DNA from: Octopus vulgaris
Lineage: Eukaryota
NCBI GenBank assembly: GCA_951406725.2
Contig: OX597830.1
Location: 20,832,001 to 20,896,000, forward strand
Reading direction: 5' to 3'
Length of the DNA stretch: 64,000 nt
Below, piece after piece: positions 55,784 through 64,000 of this stretch. The position numbers were made by a program, and so were the translations under genes. The notes under the pieces are model-generated. The model was not told where the DNA came from. It saw only the letters and a list, made by a program, of their open reading frames with translations, and ran no database searches. The first letter of the stretch is position 1, and each line of letters starts with the position of its first letter.

Positions 55784-55928
55784 CATCATTGGCAACATGC
55801 GGCCCGCCGGACTTTCTGAATGGCATGACTAACGAAAAAATTACCTTTAAATTTTCTTTTTTTTTTTTGTAGTGCGGCCCACCATGTCTCATGTGGGCCG
55901 CTTCCGCGAAAAGGGTTGCCCATGCCTG
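55784..55928. mobile_element. hAT-type MITE, degenerate
   Basis: Right end gggttgcccatgcctg, left catcattggcaac, internal gcggccc motifs; approximate 8-bp TSD atatagga/atatgaga. Confidence 0.55.
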
Positions 55929-56129
55929 ATATGAGAGAAGAGAAGAGAAGAGTGTATAAGAACGGATGGAGAGCGTAGAAGGACAAGATAGAGTTATGAC
56001 CGATGAAGAATAATTAAATAAAAGAGAGAGGGAAAGACAGGATAGAACAAGAGTCATTATGTTGAAAAAAAATAAGAAAGAAACGTTAGCAAGAATGCTT
56101 CATTAAGATAGCTGCGGTCATGCTGGAGC

Positions 56130-56238
<109 letters not shown>

Positions 56239-56249
56239 CAGATAGGCAG

Positions 56250-56309
<60 letters not shown>

Positions 56310-56633
56310 GGATAGATAGATAAAACAGAGATATATTTACATGTATGTATGTACGTATGATGAATATATGTATGTACGTGTGTATATAACAACCTAACAA
56401 GAGTTGGTAAAGTCATTCAGTACGAGAGTGTGTGTATAATATAATATGCGGGTGTATATGTGTATGCATAAACAATATAACGGAGCAAATGTGCGTATAG
56501 CCTTAGCATGTGTTTGCGTATATATATATATACAATATATGTGTATACACATATTAATTCTGTGCGATTTCTTTTTTTACATGCCGTGTTATGAGAACAG
56601 ATACACGCGTATCTAGCGCTGTATATATCATAT

Positions 56634-56691
<58 letters not shown>

Positions 56692-57850
56692 GGTGTGTAT
56701 ATATCTGCTGCATGTGTGTGGGTGTGAAATAAATTAATTAATAAGAATTAGTCCAGTGGAACAGCCATCTTTCGTCAGTGCTTCCAAGTAGCACAAAACC
56801 TAGAACAGTGAACTCGACAACGACACGAGGCGAAAATGATGCTTCGGCACAATATCTTACGTCTTATATAGCAGCTAGCAGTCAGTCAGTGTACTTACGC
56901 ATACACTCACACGCACGCACGTACAAATGCTTGCATACATACATACATAGACCTACATGCGTACGTACATACATACATACATAGACCTACATGCGTACGT
57001 ACATACGTACATACATACATAGACCTACAAGCGTACGTACATACGTACATATATATACATAACGCATGCACAGAAATTTTACAGGGTCCTACGTACATAC
57101 ACACACGCATACATACATATATACACATACAACCAAACATTCATACATACAAGTCAAGTATACACATAAATATATAAAGCAAACATATGTATATGTGCAT
57201 ACGTATATACATAAACACATACATACATACATACATAAATACATGCATACATACATACATACGCACACCTTCACATATATGTAGGTGTGTACGTATGTGT
57301 TTATATATATATATATGTGTGTGTGTATGTATGTATATGCATATATATTAGTGTGTGAGTGTTCATACATTCAGTCAACCATACATATATACTAACATGT
57401 GAGTGATATGTGTGTATGTATGTATGTGTGTATGCATGTATGTATTTATGTACATATGTATGTATATATGTATGTTTGTACAAATGTATGTATGTATGTG
57501 TGTATTTATGTATGTATGTACAAATGTACGTATGTATGTATGTGTGTATTTATGTATGTATGTTTGTGTATGTATGTATGTTTGTGTGTGTATGTATGTA
57601 TGTATGTATGTATGTATGTATGTATGTATGTATGTATCTATGTATGTATGTATGTATGCATGTATGTATGCATGTATGTATGTATGTATGTAAGTATGTA
57701 TGTACAAATGTATGTATGTATGTATGTATGTATGCATGCATGCAATCTGGTACATAATTTGCTGGCCCACAACCGGAAGTCAATGACGACGACGACGACG
57801 ACGACGATGCCGCCCGCAGAAGCAGAAGTCCGAAATGATGGCAAGCATAG

Positions 57851-57884
<34 letters not shown>

Positions 57885-58370
57885 CGTCATCATAGAATTT
57901 GGGACGACGGTGGTGATGGTGATGGTGGTGACGGTGACGACACCAGTAGAAGTCATTGTCGTGATGTTGGCGACGACGGAGGGGAAATATGAACAGTAAA
58001 GAAATAGATGTATAGAGGTGATGATTTTGATGGCTGAGAGCAGTGGCGGTGGTTGTGGCTTCTGTTATCGTTTAGCCTCAGGTTAGGACTTGATGGATCA
58101 CACCTTATGACCGAAGATGTCCCAACCACGTCTTGGTTAGACATAGTATGTGTAATACATATACAAACATACATACATACATACATACATACATAAACGC
58201 ATACACACACATATCTCTACATATATGCACATACGTGTATTTACGCATACATATCTATACATACATGTGTGTGTATGTGATGACACGTATATATCTATCA
58301 CAAAATACAAACACTATATATGTGTGTACGTTTGTGTGTGTGTGTGTTAGCGACATCCACTTTTAAGTGG

Positions 58371-58420
<50 letters not shown>

Positions 58421-58478
58421 GAAAGAAATTGTATATACATATTTATATGAAAGAAATTGTATGTATGTATATATACAT

Positions 58479-58532
<54 letters not shown>

Positions 58533-58587
58533 GAAATTGTATGTATATATACACATATATATATATATGAAAGAAATTGTATGTATG

Positions 58588-58718
<131 letters not shown>

Positions 58719-58744
58719 TATATATATATATATATACTCACGCT

Positions 58745-60047
58745 CCGGTGTGTCCTTCTTTCTCTTAAGATAGTAAGGTATGATATGAGAGAAATTTGGC
58801 TGCTATTTTTAGCTAGCCGAGTGACAGCATATTCTGACTCCCTTTTCGGTTCGTATTCGTGGCAGAAGAATATAATGGTTATGAATGCTGTTTCTGTTGT
58901 TGTTGGTTTTATTGTTGCTGTTGTGGTTTATGGCCATAGGTCAGCTACAATCGGGCCGACATATGATCAAAGAAATCAAAGGCATTCCAGCCGGAACCAT
59001 CTCTTCTACTTGTTATGTGTAAGAGAATCCAGGATCACATTATCCAACGTGTTCTCTTTTACAAAAGTTTAGGGTGTGGCTCGAAGGAGATTTTGGCTGC
59101 TATTTCTAGCAGGCCAACAGCCACATTGTCTCATGTGATGGTGGTGGTGGTGGTGGTGGAGGTGGTGATGGAGGTGGTGATGTTATTGAATAGTGATAAA
59201 AGTGATTGTGATGGTGATCGAGCAGACCTATAATCAAACACGTCCCTATGTGACCATCCAGTCTGAGTTTTTCCTTCGTTTTGTTTCGTGTTGTTTTCTT
59301 TTATTTTATTTTCTTTTCTTTTTATTTTCAGCGTCGCGTAACTACATTATTTCGTGTGTCCCTCCCGTTTTTGTGAGATTTGGCTGCTATTTCTAATAGC
59401 CAAATCTCCCCTCTTTTCACAAGGCCTAACAACCACAGAGCAACACCCAGTGATAGTATTATTGCTTAGCCCCTGGTCAGCCCTGATCGAGTACACTCGT
59501 AGTCCAACCATGACCATGCCGTCTGTAAGTATGTCAAGCACTGTGTTGTCCAGTATGTCCTTCCTTTTCTAAGACGGTAGGATGAGATTAAGAGGGAGAT
59601 TTGGCATCTATTTCTCGCACGTTGGATGACCACGTAAAGGCGATTGTTCTGTTGTTGTTGCTGCTGTTGCTGTTGTTCTTGTCTTTCCTCCGTTCAGCGC
59701 TGAGCGAGTAGCTCCCGTATCAAAAACGTCCCACCCGTGACCAATCCATCTCTCTTACATCACGAATCACGTTGTCCAAGTGTGTCATTTTTTTCTTCTT
59801 TATAAGTCAGTAAGATGTGAACTGAGGGAAGAAGTAGCTGCTATTTCTAGAACGACGAGCGACTGCTCGGAGGTTCCCCTCTTCTCAACGTCGCTGTTGT
59901 CGCTGTAGTTGATGTTGTTTTGTTGTTTAACCCTAGGCCATTCCTGACCGAACAGATCTATTATGATCAACGGTATTCCCAATCTTATTTGAAACACTGT
60001 GTGCGTGCGTGTGTGTGTGTGTGTGCATGCGTGTGTGTGCGTGCGTG

Positions 60048-60082
<35 letters not shown>

Positions 60083-60195
60083 CTATACATCGGACTACAT
60101 TATGTAATGTATCCCACTTTGTTGAAATTAACCGCTGGGTGTGAGTTGAGTAAGTAAGATTTTGCCTGCTATATCTAGCATTTTCCAGCAACCAC
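58745..60195 (-). mobile_element. cluster of head-to-tail degenerate family D elements
   Basis: agatttggctgctatttctag-like motif recurs at about 58793, 59089, 59376, 59597, 59835 and 60157, alternating with ggtcagccctgatcgagcagacctatgatcaaa-like blocks and (gtt)n. Confidence 0.7.
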
Positions 60196-60544
60196 CCAAG
60201 AAACTTGCTCGTTGCTTCGTAACTGTTGTGGCTGGAAGGCGGCAGTGGTGGTGATGATGGTAGTGGGAGTGGTGGTGGTGGTTGTGGTGGTGGTGGCAGG
60301 TGGTGAATTGGGTGAGAAATATACAATTTTTTTTTCCTAAAAACAGAAGCAAGGTGGTTGCCCTAGAGAATGGCACCGTGTGTTCACATCCTCCCCCATC
60401 GTCTCCATTATCATCTCTCTCTCTCTCTCTTTCTCTCTCTTTCTACTTTCTATCTCTCGCTTATTCTTCTCTCTTTGCTTCTCGTTTTCGAATACCTCTC
60501 GCTTTCTTTTCTATCCTTTCTTTTCACTTCTCTGCTATCTCCCC

Positions 60545-60584
<40 letters not shown>

Positions 60585-61384
60585 TCTCTCTCTCTTTGCC
60601 TGTCTATCTATCTAAATATCTATCTAAATATTTATCAGCCTCTCAATCTACCTATCTATCTCCCTCTCTTTAATATCTTCACCTTATTCTATATCTTCTT
60701 CCTATCTCTTCTCACTCTGTCCGCCTCTCTATCTCTCTCTCTCTCTCCCAACCTCTTTCTATTTATCTATCTATCTCCCTAAACTATCTGAATATATCCA
60801 CCCTATTCTGCATCTCTCTCTCCTTCTCTACCTTCATCTCTCTATTCACCTCTCTCTCTCTCTCTCTCTCTTTCTCCAGTAACCAACTTACAACTTAGTC
60901 TTTGCAAACATAAATAAAAACGCCCAATTCCTCTTTTTTCTTCTTTGACTTTCTTCCTCTCATTCTTTCTTACTTTCTAATTTTTTTCCATTTTTGTATC
61001 TTTTCTCACATTCTTTCTCCAGTTTTGTCTCCCCTACCCCTCTCTTTAACTCAGTATTCTTAATCTCTCTCTCTTTCGCTCTCTTTCTTTTTCTCAAGAT
61101 ATCCTACTGTTTCTCTCTCTCTCTCACACACGTACCTCTCTCTCTCTCACCTCTCTCTCACTCACCTCTCTCTCACTCCCCTCTCTCTCTCACCTCTTTC
61201 TCACTCACCTCTCTCTCTCTCACCTCTCTCTCTCTCACCTCTCTCACTCACCTCTCTCACTCACCTCTCTCTCACTCACCTCTCTTTCTCTCTCACCTCT
61301 CTTTCCCTCTCTTCCAGCCAAACACTCTACCTCTAGTTATCTCATTCTCTGTACCTCTACATTTCGCTATCTTTTCCTTATTTC

Positions 61385-61427
<43 letters not shown>

Positions 61428-62125
61428 CTCCCTCCCTCCCTCTCTTACTTCCACTAACCTTAACACTCTCTCTTTTCCCCTCTGCTTCACGCTCTCAACC
61501 TCTTACTCTCTATATCATTCTTTCACTACCCTGCACTTATTCTCCCTTACTATCTATTTCTCTCTATCACACAGCCTTACGTCTACATTCTCACCGTATT
61601 CCCTTTCATGCACACACACACACACACACACATTCTCTCACACTTTGTCACTCCCTCACTTCCTCTCTCTCTCTCTCTTTCTCTCTCTCCCTTTCTTTCT
61701 CGCCCTCTCTCTCTTTCTAACTATATCTATCCATCTCCTGACAGACACATATATAACAAGTAACTTAAAGAACATGCTTTGCTCCATCGTTCGCACACAA
61801 CTGATGGGACATTTTTACTGCTCGCCGCTTCCATACTTCGTCCTCCCCCGTCTCTCCTTCATTAACCTCCTCTCCCTTCCACCACTCTCTCTCTCTCTCT
61901 CTTTCACTGCCCTCTTTCTTTGACTCTCTCTCTCTCTCTCTCCTTTCTCCTACTCCTTCTATATCATGTATGTATTTTTTTGCCTCACCTATTTCTCAAC
62001 ATGCGGTGCGGTGACAAAACAAGGCAAAATAATGGTTCTTTTCTTTTTGAGGTAGAGAAATTCTTTCTTCGGTGGGACATTGGCTTTCTCTTCTCTGCAG
62101 CATCAGCATCACTTATCGCTACAAT

Positions 62126-62211
<86 letters not shown>

Positions 62212-62317
62212 TTTAATTATCACCACTGCTACTACTGCTATTACTAGCATTGCAACAGCCTCTTCAGGCGCCACCACTAACGCCAATACTACTTCGTCGA
62301 CGTCAAACAGCACTACA

Positions 62318-62348
<31 letters not shown>

Positions 62349-62351
<3 letters not shown>

Positions 62352-62580
62352 GTCTTACAACCACCACTACTACTAACACCGCCACTATCATTGCTACTAT
62401 CACAACATTACACTACCACTACTACTAATATTGCTACTACTACCACTACCACACTTAGTCTTACAACCACCACTACTACTAACACCGCCACTATCATTGC
62501 TACTATCACAACATTACACTACCACTACTACTACTATTGCTACTACTACCACTACCACTAGTCTTACAACCACCACTACC
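62349..62580. repeat. about 105-bp higher-order duplication within the (ACT)n field
   Basis: tagtcttacaaccaccactactactaacaccgccactatcattgc twice, plus a partial third copy. Confidence 0.8.
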
Positions 62581-62935
62581 ACTTCCACCACCTCCACCCC
62601 TACGCCACCACCGTCACTACTGCTACCACCAACACCATCACTACTACTACAATAATTACAACCACAGTTATTTCTGACACCACCACCTACTACTTCTACT
62701 ACTACCACAACCACCCCAACATCAGCACCAATACCACTGTTACTAGAGCCACAACAGTCACACTTACGAACACTATGGCCAAATCACTAGCTCCACATAC
62801 AGTTGCGACACCAACATTACTGTAACCGAAACCTCTTGGTACCCGAATGATTCGAACGCAGATCCTGAAATTGGATCTTTCGTCTTTAACCGTGTGTCAC
62901 ACCAAACAGGTTGTCGCCGACAGATATGTCTACGT

Positions 62936-63155
62936 CAGTGCTTTTCAAACTTTTTGCTAGAGCGGAACCCCAAGGAAACATTCCACTGGCTCGAGGAACC
63001 CCTGTGCAATGATTTAATAGTCTTATGCACACATATCTGCGCAGGAGAATTTAAAAATTACTGCCGATTTTAGCAGTTTTGTAACTTCTTGCGGAACCCC
63101 TAGACTGTACTGGCGCAACCCTAAGGTTCCGCGGAACCCTGGTTGAAAACCACTG
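62936..63155. mobile_element. hAT-type MITE, 220 bp, intact ends
   Basis: TIRs cagtgcttttcaaac / ggttgaaaaccactg; perfect 8-bp TSD gtctacgt (62928-62935, 63156-63163); internal ggaaccc repeats. Confidence 0.92.
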
Positions 63156-63169
63156 GTCTACGTCATCAT

Positions 63170-63905
63170 CTTTTGGACAAATCAACTGGCGTAACAATCC
63201 GATCATTCACCCAGATGCATCTGACGTCAACAGACACGCTTAAGTAATCACCTTTCGAACCAATGGAGGTTTTGTGCACCGTTTTTGATTCTTTGGACGC
63301 TTACTGATTCCATAGAATCATGTAACAGTCTGCGACTGCTTCCAGCCAGGCAGGCAGGCAGGGCTCATGATATATACATCTTTGTATCGCAGGGGCAAAT
63401 AGCATTTGCCTCAGAATCCAGAAGCCAGTTTCGCATACGTGTATAGCAGGGTATTTTAATAATACAGTTATCATCCATGAAATGGGTCGGTCCAAGCCAT
63501 CGAAGTGGTCGTTGGCGTAAAAAAGTAAAAACAACGAGAATGTGGCTGTGTGGTAAGTAGCTTGCTTACCAACCACATGGTTCCGGGTTCAGTCCCACTG
63601 TGTGACACCTTGGGTAAGTGTCTTCTACTATTGCCTCGGGTCGACCAAAGTCTTGTGAGTGGATTTAGTAGACGGAAACTGAAAGAAGCCCGTCGTATGT
63701 ATGTATATATATATGTGTGTGTTTCGGAAGCAACCCAAGGAAGATACCAACAAGTGTGAGGAGGAGTGCATGTACTTGCTTGACTCCGATTTTCACTTCA
63801 AGTTCTTTGGATATAGATCCGCTATATTGCACAGTGCTCACAGAAAAATCTTATTGTAGTTAACAAAGTTAGGTAGACGGCATACGAGCGGTAACATTTT
63901 AAACA
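63170..63905 (-). pseudogene. RTE-clade LINE remnant, split by a SINE
   Basis: Minus frames: TVQYSGSISKELEVKIGVKQ...TLVGIFLGLL (RT GVKQG region) and LRWLG...MDDN...LLY...KLASG...LRYKDV (RTE C-terminus). Confidence 0.7.
63540..63720 (+). mobile_element. SINE family A, 5' half
   Basis: gtggctgtgtggtaagtagcttgcttaccaaccacatgg...gaagcccgtcgtat. Confidence 0.88.
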
Positions 63906-63914
63906 GACCATCCT

Positions 63915-63990
63915 TACATACGACGGGTTTCTTTCAGTTTCCGTCTACCAAATCCACTCACAAGGCTTTGGTCAACCCGAGGCAATAGTA
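63915..63990 (-). mobile_element. SINE family A fragment
   Basis: cgacgggtttctttcagtttccgtctaccaaatccactcacaaggc. Confidence 0.8.
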
Positions 63991-64000
63991 ACGTTGAGTA

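Overview
Eukaryotic, extremely microsatellite-rich, repeat-dominated DNA. The SINE repertoire and simple-repeat load look like an octopus or other cephalopod genome; this is an inference with no database check. No host protein-coding exon is supported, and almost all ORFs in the track are microsatellite translations. Recognisable content: two decayed CR1/L2-group LINEs (APE+RT, minus strand, 33.4-36.0 kb and 37.4-40.1 kb), two CR1 3' ends, an RTE LINE remnant, maT/mariner transposase remnants, hAT, mariner and piggyBac-like MITEs, Helitron/Helentron-type non-autonomous elements, and many tRNA-derived SINEs built from interchangeable head and tail modules. The most notable signal is a set of short elements, mostly flanked by TA-rich microsatellite and several forming long fold-backs, that carry minimal type I hammerhead ribozyme (HHR) motifs with palindromic stem III. 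This architecture is typical of Penelope-like element (PLE) pseudo-LTRs. At least six distinct sequence families are present: one canonical core (50.4 kb), one canonical core with an extra A (30.4 kb) and several core variants (U4C, U3-A8 covariant, A6U). Coordinates were read by eye; the ends of degenerate repeats are approximate.
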